From the NCBI GenBank assembly GCA_002633005.1, contig NMRA01000093.1, positions 215,833-279,832 of the forward strand: a stretch of DNA of 64,000 nucleotides, in the 5' to 3' direction. Numbering within the stretch: the stretch's first letter is position 1; every line of letters begins with the position of its first letter. This stretch comes from Phoronis australis (Eukaryota > Animalia > Phoronida). Position numbers and translations under genes: made by a program. The notes beneath the pieces are model-generated. The model was not told the DNA's origin and did not search any database. It saw nothing but the letters and a program-made list of their open reading frames with translations. Shown one piece after another: positions 38,958 to 52,832 of the stretch.

Positions 38958-39343
38958 TTACAACATAGATTATAGAGTCTATGGTTACAACATAGATTAC
39001 ATAGTCTATGGTTACAACATAGATTACATAGTCTATGGTTACAACATAGATTACATAGTCTATGGTTACAACATAGATTACATAGTCTATGGTTACAGCA
39101 TAGATTATATAGTCTATGGTTACAGCATAGATTATATAGTCTATGGTTACAACATAGATTATATAGTCTATGGTTACAACATAGATTATATAGTCTATGG
39201 TTACAACATAGATTGTATAGTCTATGGTTACAACATAGATTATATAGTCTATGGTTACAACATAGATTATATAGTCTATGGTTACAACATACATTATATA
39301 GTCTATGGTTACAACATAGATTATATAGTCTATGGTTACAACA
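38958..39343. repeat. 27-bp minisatellite (TTACAACATAGATTATATAGTCTATGG) x ~14 with a near-palindromic core
   Basis: Tandem units; explains the YVVTIDYII pseudo-ORF. Confidence 0.95.
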
Positions 39344-40049
39344 ACCCTGTCTGGCCTATTTACATTGACACCACTTTTCGGTCGGTCATTTTTCCGGCTA
39401 TCTTCAGGTGTTACAGCGTTCTAAGAGGGCTTCCATCACAGCTGCGAAGCTGAACCCATCGAAATCTGAACCAACTGGTTCGAGAAAAGCCCTGGCTTCT
39501 ACTTTGTCTCAGGACACCCGGCAGCACATGAATTTCTCAAGAACGCCAAGAAGTTTTGCCTTGGCATGCCTAAAATTGTACAAACAATGCGAATCTGGCA
39601 TTTTCTTCCCCAAATCACGGTCTGGCCAGAGCGGAGACAATATTACAGGCGGTCTTGACCTCTAGATTCCAAAACTTTATGCTAACATATGTCATTACCA
39701 ACCAGACATTCTTCCAATTTAAATTTGTTTTTAATTGTATTTGCAACAAAATTTCGGCCTGATCAAGGACGTATTTTCAAAATGACGAAACTGTCAGATC
39801 CGGGTAGAACAGAACAGAAGCCATAATGGGTGAACATTTTTTACTTACAACATCTTCAAACAACTACAGAATACCACTCGTGCCAATGAATCCCAATTGA
39901 TCCCACATAATTTCTGTCAAACTTAACCAAACCACTTTTTCTTTCTAGAGGGCCTGCCTGAAATGTTCAAAACGTGGTTTTACCTTGAGCAACGCGCACT
40001 ATGAAGTAACACAATCATGCTGATATTTTAAGAACACGTTTTTGAAACT

Positions 40050-40120
40050 GTTGACGCACATGGGGTTTGAACCGTAGACCTTCCGGTTGCCAGCACTTTT
40101 ACATTAAATCACCGAGTCAC
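40050..40120 (-). mobile_element. tRNA-derived SINE head remnant
   Basis: Minus strand has B-box-like GGTTCAAACCCC after a degenerate A-box; no intact cloverleaf. Confidence 0.45.
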
Positions 40121-43100
40121 TCATTGTTTATGGGTTCATCTGATGATACACTGTGAGTGTATCACATATGAGTGCTCGTTCTTCTGAGGACGCTATGATA
40201 CCTGAAGATGACCGGAGAAAAGCTCGATTGAAATGTTGTGCCAATTCTAATGGGATAGAGCTGGTTGTAAAGAGACCAATAGTTATTAGAAATGTCTCAA
40301 CCTCTTGCTGAAAACGGGAACATGGGATTTATTAAAGTGTTAAACCCCAAAGAGTAAATCGGTATTGAGAAGCAACAATTTCATTACCATGGAGTCAAAA
40401 TATAGATTGACGTCCTGTTTCCTATAGCGTAGATTATGACCTATCGACAAATTTTGAGCTCCAGCTTAAGTGACCAATCACAACGCAGCATTCTTGATAC
40501 ACTTTCGTTTGCAAGCCGCCATTTTACCCGTCAAACAACACGTTGTCGGGTAAAGCTTATTGCTTTTGTCGGGTGTCACACGACTATTTGCAAAGGGGCG
40601 GAGCTAGAGGTAGGTTAATTTTGTCGTATGTTTACACTTGAGGCAGACAGTGAGCTCAGTACACAGCCATCGGGCCGGAACCCAGAGCCTGCAGGTCGCC
40701 ACTAGATATCATGACACTCTTGTGTAACTGTACTCGCGTAATGTGAAAAGATTCCACTATTACTGTTTTGATCGTGTACATATCAAAGAGAAAGTCATTA
40801 TGACAAACGGTTTGGTATTTGCTCGTCTGTTTATTTTTAACAGCCCACGACAAGGGTTTTAGTTTTAGTCAAATGACTGAGACTTTCTCATTGTGGAAAT
40901 ACAGTATATTAAACAGCAAAAATGAGACGCTGTGTATTACGCAATATCGCTCTGCTGACTGACTGGTCATGAAATACAGGTGTGAATTAAAATCCTTGAC
41001 CAGGATAATGAGGTCTGTAAACAGGAGCATTGGGGGATACCAACTAGAGCTTTGATACAGGTTGGACTTTCCGTAGTGTAGTATACAACGTGATGTTAAA
41101 TAAATGACTTTCTTGTCTTTTTACATATTTATCGCATCTGTGTACTGACTATAATCCCGCTGATGACATTGAGTAATATTGTAATGTTGATATGAAGCAC
41201 AGCGTCTCGTTTTTACTAACTGTTTACTGACCATCTGGCCAAAAACTGACAATGGAAATAAATTAAAGGGGGCCATGTCCTTAAATAAATTCTCAATGAT
41301 CGCCTTTGGCCATGGTCACGCTGCACGTTTTTTCACTGTATGACGTCATCATAGTAGGGTTGTTTAGAAATTGTTTTTATTTTCATGTGTTAATTGCACA
41401 TGTATGTTAATTTTCTGACGACAGCAACAAGCAGCCCGGATTTAACATCGGAGACAGGTTTACATTTCAAAGTTCTGACACAACAGTAGCTGCCAGTAAA
41501 GGTGACGTTTGGAAAACGGAACAAAATATCATTCGAATCACGTTTTTGGCCAAAACGCTCCTGTTTCAGCCTTCCACAGTTCCAAGCTCAGATGTTCTGA
41601 GATATAACTTGCCGTGTCAGAGCTCTCCGAGCAATTGGGATTTTAGAAAACAGTGTTCTCTTTTGTTTATCTTTCAAGCAATCGTAAATGAAATAAAAAA
41701 CAATTTGTGGCTTACCTGCTGGTTTCCGACACCTGTAAAGTGAGCAACTGGACAACTTAACAGAACTATATAAATAACTGGATTTACAATATTTCAGATT
41801 GCACAATACACTGTATTTGCTAATACTTCACCTGGTTGTCACGTAATATGCAATGAAAGGTAAATACTACAATTGAACATCCGTGCGTACAGTTTGCTAG
41901 TTTGCTATACAATTTAAACTATACTTAATTCAAGGCTATTGAAGTCATTTATAACAATCATTGTTTTAATTTCGTAAAGCAATCACAGGATATTAGCGAT
42001 AGAGTTTCCCAAAATATTTCATTGTCTTTATTTCGTGATTGCAGAATACAGGTGAATCAGTCAATTTCCTGATTAAACAGCTAGGAATAACAAAGGGGAC
42101 AATTGTTTTCTAAAAGACATTATCTTTACATTACAACGTTGTTTTGATTGAATGAATAACGAAACTTTAAACATCGACACATATTTTAGCCTCGAAGTAG
42201 TTTGATGTATTAATTGTATTGCAATTTCCTTAAAACTATTCAGTCACTTTATATACATTGATTGTGTTTTTGGATTGAATTTCATAGCGCTCTTCTCTGA
42301 AAATGGGCTGGTTTTGCGAAAACTCGTTTACAGGGAGCGCCTGAAAATGAGCCGTTTTAGTGCAGGCTAATTTAATTTCAGAACTAAGTCTTTATACTTC
42401 AAACGAGCCTCAAGAGGCGCGTCGGAGTAATTGCGAAGTAGGTGGATTGGCTTGAAACTTCTGCCACGTGACGTGTGTAAACTCGCCTGAACAGACCCGG
42501 ATGCAAAATCAAGACCAGAGGGGTGGGTGGGTGTGACAATGAACAGACGTGGGTTGCACTTCATAATGTTTTGTATTACAGCAATAAAGAAGAGGCCCAT
42601 CAGGGTTCCAGATCCCATGGACCTTCGTGTAGCAAAATTTCTCCTAAACGACTCCTGTTGTTCAACAAAGTAGTCCAGGATTTTTGATCGGCGTACCATT
42701 TGCTATCGCAATGTATTTAATTTCCATACTTTCATTACAGTTTGGGTCGGTTACAGGTTTTGAAACATTGGTACAAAACATGGAATTTTATTAGACTTTA
42801 TTTTCTCCAAGTTCACGTCACAGATTTTGTCATCCGGACACGTGTATACGATTATCTTCCTGATGAAAGCAGGTTGTGTCGGTCGTTGATGGAAATAGTG
42901 AGTTTACCTTCGGATAAACTTCAACATTCCAACCACGTGGTGGCCATTTTGCCGTTATACGCAAGTAACGTTTCGACCTTACTCGCGATACACTTATCTA
43001 ACACTCTCGTTACTTTTCGTGATATTGGTTGATATCGTCGAAGACGGAAAAAACTCGCACTACAGTTAAAAACACAGCTCAAGTGTTATGTTTTTATGAT

Positions 43101-45819
43101 ACCTCGGATGTTGAACTCGTTTCGATACTGCGACGAGACAAAAAACACCAACACGCATACAATTGTTGAGACAAGTCTTTTTTGGCTCCCGTCAAAACTT
43201 TCAGAAATCCTCATTTACGGTTTTATATCTTGGCCGTGACGTTTTGATACCAAAGCTTGAAGAAATACCTGAATGCAGTAGTGAAAGCGCCGCTTTGGTT
43301 GCCTGGTCACTCTCGTTGTCTGGAGATAAACAGATTGGCCATAGATTTGACTGTATGATTTTTTGTCAAGTTAACGGAAAGTAATGACCAACCGTGGATT
43401 GCTTAATTATAAAGAAGCGTCCATTGACATATGCCAAAATAACCGGTACTGCTTGTACTTGAAGATCAATTTCAAAACCAGAGAGTGCACATTTTCCCTT
43501 AATATTCTTCTTCAAATATCGATGATTTTCACAATCGAATGAACGTGCATTGGAATAAACTCGCGCGTGTTTTATTTCAAACAAAAACTCTAATTACATT
43601 TTTGTCCAACGCAGCCACTAATTAATTGAGAGTAGCAGTGTTAACTCTTCAATCCGGCGTTGACTTGTGCCAGCTTTGCATTCTAATTCGCGCATCAAGT
43701 AACTGTGGCCGACTTGCCTACTTGTCAAGCGACGTCTTTACACGCCGAAGGTTAACTCAATCAATACTGTATCTTCAAGCAAGTATGTTGACGGATTGAT
43801 CAAGTTTGAAAGCTATGGATAGCCAAAATGGATACAAAATCCAAACCACTTTACTTCCAAGCTAGAGTTGGAATAAAATCCAATACTTTATTTCGAGTGT
43901 GCAGGACCAAAACATATAATAAACATACCATAACGTAAAACTTTGTGTCAGACTGAAAAGTTCATCAGGACTTTTTATACTCATACATACATAAATAACT
44001 GCGACAGGACCGAATCATGTGCCAGCCAAAGTTCAATGGTGTTAGGTGCTCGTGCTCCTGAGTGGTCAAGTTTTCTTTTTTTTCAAGTTTTGTTTTTTCA
44101 ATGTAGTCTTTTGTTCTGCGGTGGTCACATTTTCGCTTACGTGTTATTGTTTTAGGTATGCTACGTTTTCTTCTGCGCCACTTCGAACACTTTTGATGTA
44201 AGTGGTATTATTTTTTATTTTTATATACAAAGTAATTTCTGGATTGAAAAAGGAAAATCATTTTGTGGACTGGACTGGAATTGAAAATTATTGTTTTAAC
44301 ATTTGAAGTGAAAAAATAATGTGGATTTTTCTGGTTGAACTTTCCACAGAAAACGTTTGCCTAACAGGCAAGTGCCAGGATGAAGTTTTATAATGCACAC
44401 TGCCTGCAGAGCGAAGATGCCAAAGTGTTGCAGCCCCGGAGTCGTGATGATTTATTCAAGTGGCGTGCAAATATCCATCAAGATGGCCAAAGACCTGTTT
44501 TACCAGAGGTCGTAAGCCCGCTCGCAGCACAGGCGGCCGTGGGCACGTTATTGGGAACGCGGCGTTTAGTTCTGTTAAAAGAGCGCTCCAGAGATAGTTC
44601 CCACGGTCGGTAAAGATAGAGGTCACATCAGTAAGTTACGGGATCACGCAAGTTTCACTCAGTGTCGTGAAAAAGGGTTTGTGTCAAATTATAAAAAGGT
44701 ATGCTACATGTAGCACAACGTGTGTAGTCCCGACCCATTGTCAGGCGACATGTAGGGCTTTATCAACAAATCTGTGGATTTCGACAAAAGTAACTCCAAA
44801 TATTAACTCTTTAAACTCGTGAAATGGATCACGTGACCATATCTTTTTCGTAAAATTAGGCAATAACCTTCATTCATAGCAAGACAACGGTATCATTCTC
44901 ATGACTAAATTTCATTCGATATTTTAATCGTGATCTCGTACAAAACGGTCTGAATTACAAGTTTCTGAAATATCATTTCGTGAGCTTCAACGGACTTCTA
45001 CAATAGATTGCGTGGAGCATTACGCAATGGAGGAAAGGGACTTTAAAGCGCTGCTTGAAAACTGTTACCGTTTTAAGTCTGGTGCCTGGTATTTATTCAA
45101 ATGATACTAGCAAGTGACACTATAGAATAAAAAAACTCATAGATTAATCGATCAGCCTTTTAAACTGATTTATTTACGCGGTGTTGTTACCATGCCGAGG
45201 CGCTAAAAATGAAACAAAATTGAATTTCGGCATATACTGGCACATATGGGATTTTATGTGAGAATCTTTTGGGTGGTTATGTGCGAAGTGTGGATGAAAC
45301 AACTACGTCATTGGAAAATTCCAACAACGAGTGTGAAGGCAAATAATCAGACCCCAGCTTTGACAACGAGACTCAGTTATGAAAATAAAAGGCATACTTC
45401 GATTTTCATTTATAAGCCAGCTGCGAGGAGCGAAATGCAGATTTAAATAAGTGAAATGTGGCTTTTATTCCGAGGGCCTTTCCATGCTGCTGATTTTGCC
45501 GAAGCAGACAATACTGTTGGTTGAGCTTAAAAATTAAAGCAGTTCAGAGGAATGCTTTGTGAACAAAGAAGGACAAGAAGAATAATTCCCAAACAAGTAA
45601 AGATCTTTTTTTTACATTCCTGAAAAAGTTCACTTTTCGTATAAAAAGTGACAATTTGGGAATCGATGCTTAGGAGTTACCAAGAAAACGATATCATGAT
45701 CCCGGTCCTCTACAGCTGTACTTCTACTCTGGTGCGTCGTTGTCACCACAGAACCACCACGGAGACACTGACACTACTACCAGCAATTTGTAAACATATG
45801 TAAATCTTGAAATGGCCCG

Positions 45820-46012
45820 GAAACATGGATCACAAACATTTTCAAGTTTGGTCTGCACGCCACATGTTGGCCACATCACGTGGACAGGCCTAATGAACAT
45901 AAATCTGGTAAGAACTGGCCCTACCGGGTCTCGAACCCTGGACATTCTGCTAACTGTGCCCACTGTAAAGTCTGATTGGGTGTCTGTGTTCGACCACTGG
46001 TCCCGGTGGCTC
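45820..46012 (-). mobile_element. tRNA-derived SINE remnant
   Basis: Minus strand: gaccagtggtcg (A-box-like) ... GGGTTCGAGACCCGG (B-box), then body sequence. Confidence 0.5.
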
Positions 46013-46536
46013 AGTGGACTAGAGTCACCGTCTTCCAGAAATCCTTTCAGACTTATGTTCATTAGGTTATGTGATTTTGCCAAGTGACATGCAGACCAGA
46101 CTTAAGGATGTTTCTGAACAGTTGTTTACGTCCAAAACATGCGTAAAAATTGAAAACTTGTCATTGCTGTTTTCATCTGCGGATATTAGGTCTATTAAAC
46201 TCGCCAGACGGTCCAAAGCGACACCTGGAGCGGTCCATCCCCAGCCGCCCTTAACTGGGGCACGTCGCCTCAACGCATGTCACTGTTGTGACCGTTACTA
46301 GAAAACGTTTTCGATCTTTGTTAATGACGCAATAAGAAACACAAGTCAATCGAACATAAGATTTTGTCTAGACAGTGAACTGCCAATACAATAGACAGAC
46401 GTATAAGTAGGGTTTTTTGAGAATTCATTCAATGCTCATACTGCCTGACCACTGTCCTGGTTCTGTGCCTTTTAGGGGGTGAAGGCAGGGCTGGAGGTTT
46501 ATTCCTCGTAAATTTAGAACTGACTGGATGGAGTCT

Positions 46537-46705
46537 TCCAGACAGCTCACGTAAAGAATTGCTGCTTGTTCCACTTATTCTAGAGTATAAAGTAATTACC
46601 TTAACAGTCCCTTACGCAATGTTCCAGATGCCTCACCTAAAGAATTGCACCATGTTCCACTTATTTTAGAGTATAAATTGATTACCTAGGCAGTCCTTTG
46701 CAAGT
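46537..46705 (+). repeat. Diverged ~85-bp tandem duplication
   Basis: ttccaga...taaagaattgc...gttccacttatt.tagagtataaa..attacct..cagtcc occurs twice. Confidence 0.75.
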
Positions 46706-46894
46706 TTCGCTTGATTAAGCATCTGTTCCTGAACAGTCTCTTGCAAGTCTCACAAAGCTTGATGAACTATCTGTTCCTGCAGCGCTAGTTTTTAACAAGA
46801 GAACTTATACGGAAGCCTAACCCCTGACCTATGGCGAGTACCAACGTGTCGCCGAAACTCATTGCAATGAAACGTTTCGACTTAGAAAAATCTC

Positions 46895-46970
46895 GAGCTC
46901 ACCAGAACTCGAACCTGGAATCTTGAATCTGCTGATCTGTAGTCATGCGCCAAGTCCACTGAGCAACGAT
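46895..46970 (-). mobile_element. tRNA-derived SINE head remnant
   Basis: Minus strand: ttgctcagtgg (A-box) ... GGTTCGAGTTC (B-box). Confidence 0.5.
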
Positions 46971-47713
46971 CCCTACTTATGAAAGTGTGAAATTCAAACG
47001 AGAAATCTTAAATGACATAACTTTTGGACAATGGAAACAATCGACTTCGCAGGGAGGCGAGTTTGTCGTAATCGTGTGACCCGCGAAGATCAATTCCATA
47101 CAACGAGGGAAACTTTTAATAACATTTTAGATTTGTTGAACATTTTGTTGTTACACGGAACAGTACTCTCCTGACTTGGTCCGTTGACCAGTTCTGTAGT
47201 GTGACACAATTTGATGTACACTGTAAGGGACATTTGTTAACGTGCCTGGTTTCAAGAGAGAAAAAACTGCTAAACAACATGTTGCGGAAATCGACGACAT
47301 TTCGCGAATCCGCTCAAAATAGTTTGACAAAGGGAACATTTGAGCAGAAGTTATCAAAAGTAGAAATAGTCGCACAGCATTGCTTTTGATGCCCGATACT
47401 ACAATTTAATGCCAAGTTTGCCTTATTTTACTATTATTTATTTTTTAACGTGGGCGGGGCTTCAGAGAAAAGCTCAATATATCAACAGTGAGTACCCATA
47501 ATGCATCAATCATCTGACAGTCACTACGGTGGCCATTTTAACTGGTGGCGCACCAGCAAAAATAACAATTATAAACTAAAAAATATTAAATTCAGTTAAG
47601 TTTAAAAAAATTTGGAGTTGTGTTGAATGAGTTACTTGGGCTAACATCCGTTCTATGAATTTTTTTACTAAAATGAAGCAAAACAGTATCTTTATAACAC
47701 TGAGCTATAGTTC

Positions 47714-48014
47714 CAGTGGCGGATTTAGGGGGGCCAAGGGCCCATGGCCCCCTCCTAAAATTCTCCCAAATAGCATTTGGCAGTTTGGGGTGCGAATGTC
47801 TGACTTATGCGCGCACCCAAGGGCCTCGGGGGGCGAATGCACAATATATAGGTCTTGAACAAACCCCGTTTACCGTTTTTTTAGTAATAAGGTCCACGAA
47901 CCAAAAATTCCAGATCCCCGCATCCCTACAACTTAGGCTGGGTGCGCGCAAATGGTGAAATTCTGGTTATTCCTGTGTCCTGCCCCCCAACTCAAAATCC
48001 TGGATGCGCCCCTG
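47714..48014. mobile_element. hAT-like MITE (CAGTGGCGGA... / ...TGGATGCGCCCCTG) with 5-bp flanking duplication AGTTC
   Basis: Imperfect CAG-terminal TIRs; agttc lies immediately on both sides. Confidence 0.65.
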
Positions 48015-51000
48015 AGTTCAGTTAGTAGAGCGTTTCGGCTAAGACACGACACTTTCACGTTCGAGGCTTATCGCAGAAAATCAAATTCTGTTCGATTATG
48101 TCACTGCAAAAGTACTCTATAATACGATGAATGATACTCTATAATATACACGTAACTTATTGTCAGAATCCACCAGGGTTCACTGCATCATCAAAAGCCA
48201 TTTGATTGAATATAGAAGTACATTTAGTTTCGATTAAAGAATGCCTTTAGCTGAACCAACTTATTCTTTAAAATGTTGTTTATTCTGACGTGAAACAAAT
48301 TTCATTTTATGACTTCAATTAACTGTAACAAAACATTCCAAGTAATTTGTATTCCGAAAATTCATGTGGCTGGGTAACACAATAATTGTCTTGTAATTAA
48401 TGCCTTTGTAGCTGGAGAGCCGGGTGTCGCCCCTTAGTGAGGGTCATTATTCGTATTCTGATGTCCATTGTGACATCTACTTTAGGTATTTGTTGGCTAC
48501 TCATTGATAGGCAAATGACCATGTGGGTTCTGAGGAGACCGCGTGATTTGAGTCAGTCTTTTATCGGAGTTCGTGAAATGTGTTTGTATCGTTGATATAC
48601 TGTACTTACAAGCCATGAATAAACTGCAGTCACTGGTCTTATTATTTTCTTGCGAATCGCGAACCCGAGTGGCACCCTCGTCTCTTTAGAAACAAATGGG
48701 TTGGGCACACTTGGTCGCGTAGCCTTTCTTGTACTCAAAGAATAACACAAATTCTTGTATTATCGGATATGCCCTCACTTTTAACAGGAACTTAACTGCG
48801 TTTGCGGAAACTCTCGACCTTAAAAGTGTTGGTTTCAAAATAAGACCCGGTCACGACTACAAACATTCGTGAATTAGTTCCGTTCTCATATAGCGTTTCT
48901 AAAACCAAGGACTGTGAACTTGTGTGGTTCCATGGATTGACCAATAGATTTTTTTAGTTTTTTCCATGGTATGGGGAATAAACATGTATCACAGCAACAA
49001 AATACCAAGTCGACCAAGCGGTCATCTGAACTTGTGAGCAAAGTTGCGTAGAAACATGAAAAGCCTTTTGTATCATTCATTGAGAAAAACTTTAAAACAT
49101 CATTTGAACAAAATTATTTGAACTTTATGAACTCAGTGCGTTTGATGAGTACTTCACATTTTACGAGCAAATGATGACATCTCGTACTTTCTCATTTCTC
49201 ACCGCCTACGTTTACGGTTGGTTCCATTGTTTTTTGCCCCTGCTAATTCGTTCAAGGAGAAAGCTCTTAAACAACTAAGCCTGCATATAGGTGGAGATGA
49301 TTAGGCTGTTCCGCAGTTTGATCAACTAATAGAAAATTCTCATCATCCCTCTTCATAATCTCAAAAGCAGATTGTGTGTTTGAGATAAGGATCTTACGAC
49401 AGAAAAATAATCCTCATTGTAGATGACAATGCAGCTAATGGTGACAAGGCAGTGACCGTTGATGTGGTGAATGCTTACACAAGAAATCGCACGTCTCCAG
49501 GAACGTAGAAAACTATAGCTACAATAAAATGTACCACAAGGCAGTGACGTACACCAGAGAGATGTTGTGACTGCACTCAAGGGAATGAGTGCCTTCACGT
49601 GCATTCCTCATTTCTACACTACTACAGCCAATTAGCGGCGATTTGTTGAATAAGTGAGAAGGACGCCGTTAAAAACACGACTCAACTGTCTACGAAGGGC
49701 TGATACCGAACTGTGCTAAGTGAGAATTAAGGAGTACACGGTTCTAAAATGCGAGACTTCAAGATAGTCTTTCCTTTGCATTAACCAATTTGGAATGCAT
49801 GATGACTTTAGTCAGTCGAAAGAAATTATTAAACTACAAACATTTCGTAACGTTTAGCCCTGTTTGTGTTTGCCTTATTAGACTATTGAATTAGATTTCA
49901 TTTGTTTATAAAATAGGCAGGTTTTCCGCAGAAAGCTCATTACTTATGGCGGCGGTTATGTGAGTACCCGTAAAACAAGATTTAGCTGCACCATCAAAAT
50001 AAAAACAAATAACTAAAATCAAACTAAATTCAATTTTTTTGCAAATTGCGTTGAAAGAGCATTATTTGGGCTTAGGTTTCGAATGAACTTATTTGCGTTT
50101 TGAAGAGGGTAGAGTATCTTTAAGTGTGATGAACGCCCTATAATTGTTTCATTGAGTCAGAATACTTTTTGTACATGTATGGAGCAACACTTAGATAAAC
50201 CGAATCAAAATTACGAAGTGATGTCGACTACAAAAGCAGTAACATCAGAACATCACAAGATTTTCACAAGGTAAACAGATACGAAATTCGCCGCAAAAGT
50301 GCAGCAATGGCTTAGTAAACAGAAGACGAGTCATCTGACCAGCAAATCTCCAAAATGTCGAGAACGGCAAGCTGGAACGAGAAACATATGGCTCAATGCC
50401 GACAATTTTGATGAGATCTTTCCATATTCAAAATCTCAAAAAATTCGTCAAAGATCAATGAGACAGCTCCGCATATTAAAAATGACCGTCTCAGTGCCAT
50501 CTTTCGTCCAATTTCGACAAAAATAAAGATTTCACATGAATTAGACGAAAATGCGACCTGTAACCCAATTCCGTGAGGAAGTAGTTTATAAAAGAACTGC
50601 CATTTAACCAGTTAATCTCGGATATCTCGAGAGCGGCAAGTTGGAGCGAGAAAGTGATGAGTCACGCAGATAGCTCATGACAAGATCTATCTGAATGTCA
50701 AATTCCGTAAAGAACCGTCGAGGAACCCCAGATATACTGCTACACAAAGCGAAACACCGACTAATGGCCGCCACATCGCTATCTTGAGACCGATTTGCCC
50801 AAAAAAGTCAGACACTACCTGGCTCACCAAGAACATGGCATTGAAAACGACAACTCCTTGTATCCACTCAAAAATAGTTTGGGAACAGAAATGAAGTCCA
50901 GTTGCAAAAGCAGAAATGGTCGTTTATTTTGATGCTTGATATTAAAAGTGTAAGGACTTTCTTATCTCGTCTAAACATGCCGCATGTGGAGACAATATGA

Positions 51001-52355
51001 TCGAATAAGCTGCTGCACTCTACTGATGGCTTTTGAAGTAAATGCTGAAAGCTATAAGCCTCAAGCTATTAAGGATACACAGGCTGTAACAAAGACACAA
51101 GACGACTAAGAGAGTTTTCTTTCGTAAACTAATGAATTTGCTAAAACGAAAGAAATTAGAGTGTTTTGGATAACCGTCTTTATCAACCTTTGCTATCATT
51201 AGTCTTATCCGTGGACCAAAATCTCGAAATGTCGGGTTCAGACTCGGACTGACGGACGGACTGACGTCACTGAGTTCAATACGAAACTGGCCACCCTCCC
51301 TCTGGATCCGCGAAAAAACGGCCGTAAAAAATAGAAGACCTCTAATCTAAACAGAGGGCCGGTGCACTATCTGGGACCAAGGCGGTGCCGAAACGGGCGT
51401 AACGAAGGTCTGTAGTGGAGGAGGGGAGGCGGAGTTTGTGTCAACTATGCATTTTAATTTTCTACCACGGGTACCAGTGAAGGTTTTACTGCAACTATCG
51501 GTCGTTCTGTGATTGCTGTTATCTTGAGGTGACGCAGCGTGGCGCGAAAAGGCTACTTCAAGTATCACTCAGGCTGAAGCTACTTAAGTTTGAGTTTAAA
51601 TCGCATTTCTTGTGTTTGTAAAACATTCCCAGGAATGTTTGGATTATCACATACATCCAGAATAACAATCACCTGTTCGAGGAAGACATAGGCGCAAACT
51701 ATATAATTCATTACGTTTGTGTCACAGGAAAAAGGTGAGAACTGCATTTGATTCCCGCGCAAAGCATTTCAACAGTAGCTTGGATAATTTTGTTCAAAAG
51801 TACTTCAATGTTCTCACGTGCATGCGTTTTCTTTTGCTTTTTTCGCATAAGTCACCGACATTCGGTTTTCCCGGCTGTTGGACTACGTGACCTTGACGTA
51901 GGCTGTCTTACTCGCAAGGTCATATTGCCCGCCACGTAATCTTAAAGTTCAGACACCATATCCAACAACATAGTACTTTGATATTAGTTACCACTCAAAG
52001 AACGGCACAAGTTCACAGTTACAATAGTTAGATTAACGGGTTTTCAACACTGATTTGCCCATTCAATAAAGCGTGTTATGTATAGCCTTAAACACGCCGC
52101 ACAGTGGCAGGGACTGTTCGATTTTAGAAACTCGGCGAAGGATTTCAATCCGTCAATGTATCAAAGATTGTAAACATTATAAGGCTTTAAAACAATTGAT
52201 GTTTACGCTCAATGCCAAGTTATTTCTGGAAGACGGAGACGAGGAATGCAATACCACCGGCTGTTGTACGAATTAGCTCGGCATTTCCTAGCAAAAACTT
52301 GATTTCCTTCCCGAATCCTTATTGCACCGAGGTTGCTTCTCCAATGTGTGTTGTT

Positions 52356-52832
52356 AAACGAGTACCTTTCTGTGAGCTGAAATGTAGCCTACTTATTCAA
52401 CGCGTACTATTTCTTAGTCAACGCGCAGAATTGTCTCTTCAGCTATTACCCCTCTGTGTTTATTCAAAGCGCTCAATTGCTTATTAATCAGTTCGGCTAC
52501 ATTTCGTCTGCGCCGCCTCCTCTCTGCGCTTCGTGCAGATTGTAAACTTGCCTTTTAGTGAATATAATTCAGTGAAAAAGCAATTTTGCGCGTTGAGTAA
52601 GCTATTCTACGCGTTGAGAAAGCAATTCTGCGCGTTGAGTAAGCAATTCTGCATGTTGAATAAGGGCAGAAAGATAATCTTTCAACAACCAATTCAGCGC
52701 GTTGAATAACTAACTCAGCGCGTTGAATAACTAACTCAGCGCGTTGAATAACTAACTCAGCGCGTTGATTTGCCGCAATATTGCGCGTAGAATAAGCACC
52801 GTTCAAGTCCACGCGCAAAAAGGTACTCGTTT
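52356..52832. mobile_element. MITE with TIR AAACGAGTACCTTT and internal 21-bp repeats built on CGCGTTGA
   Basis: aaacgagtacctttc ... aaaggtactcgtttt; tandem gcaattctgcgcgttgagtaa and aataactaactcagcgcgttg units. Confidence 0.7.

Noticed and set aside
38938-39294. 118-aa ORF of YVVTIDYII repeats
   Set aside because: Translation of a 27-bp minisatellite; no splice or coding context.
39408-39665. GC-richer segment with open frames on both strands
   Set aside because: In-frame stop on the minus strand, no recognisable motif and no consistent splice partners.
40140-40175. CTGATGA followed by a hairpin (possible hammerhead core)
   Set aside because: No GAAA after the stem, so the catalytic core is incomplete.
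45915-46970. Possible tRNA genes (A/B-box motifs)
   Set aside because: No acceptor stem or cloverleaf could be formed; better explained as SINE heads.
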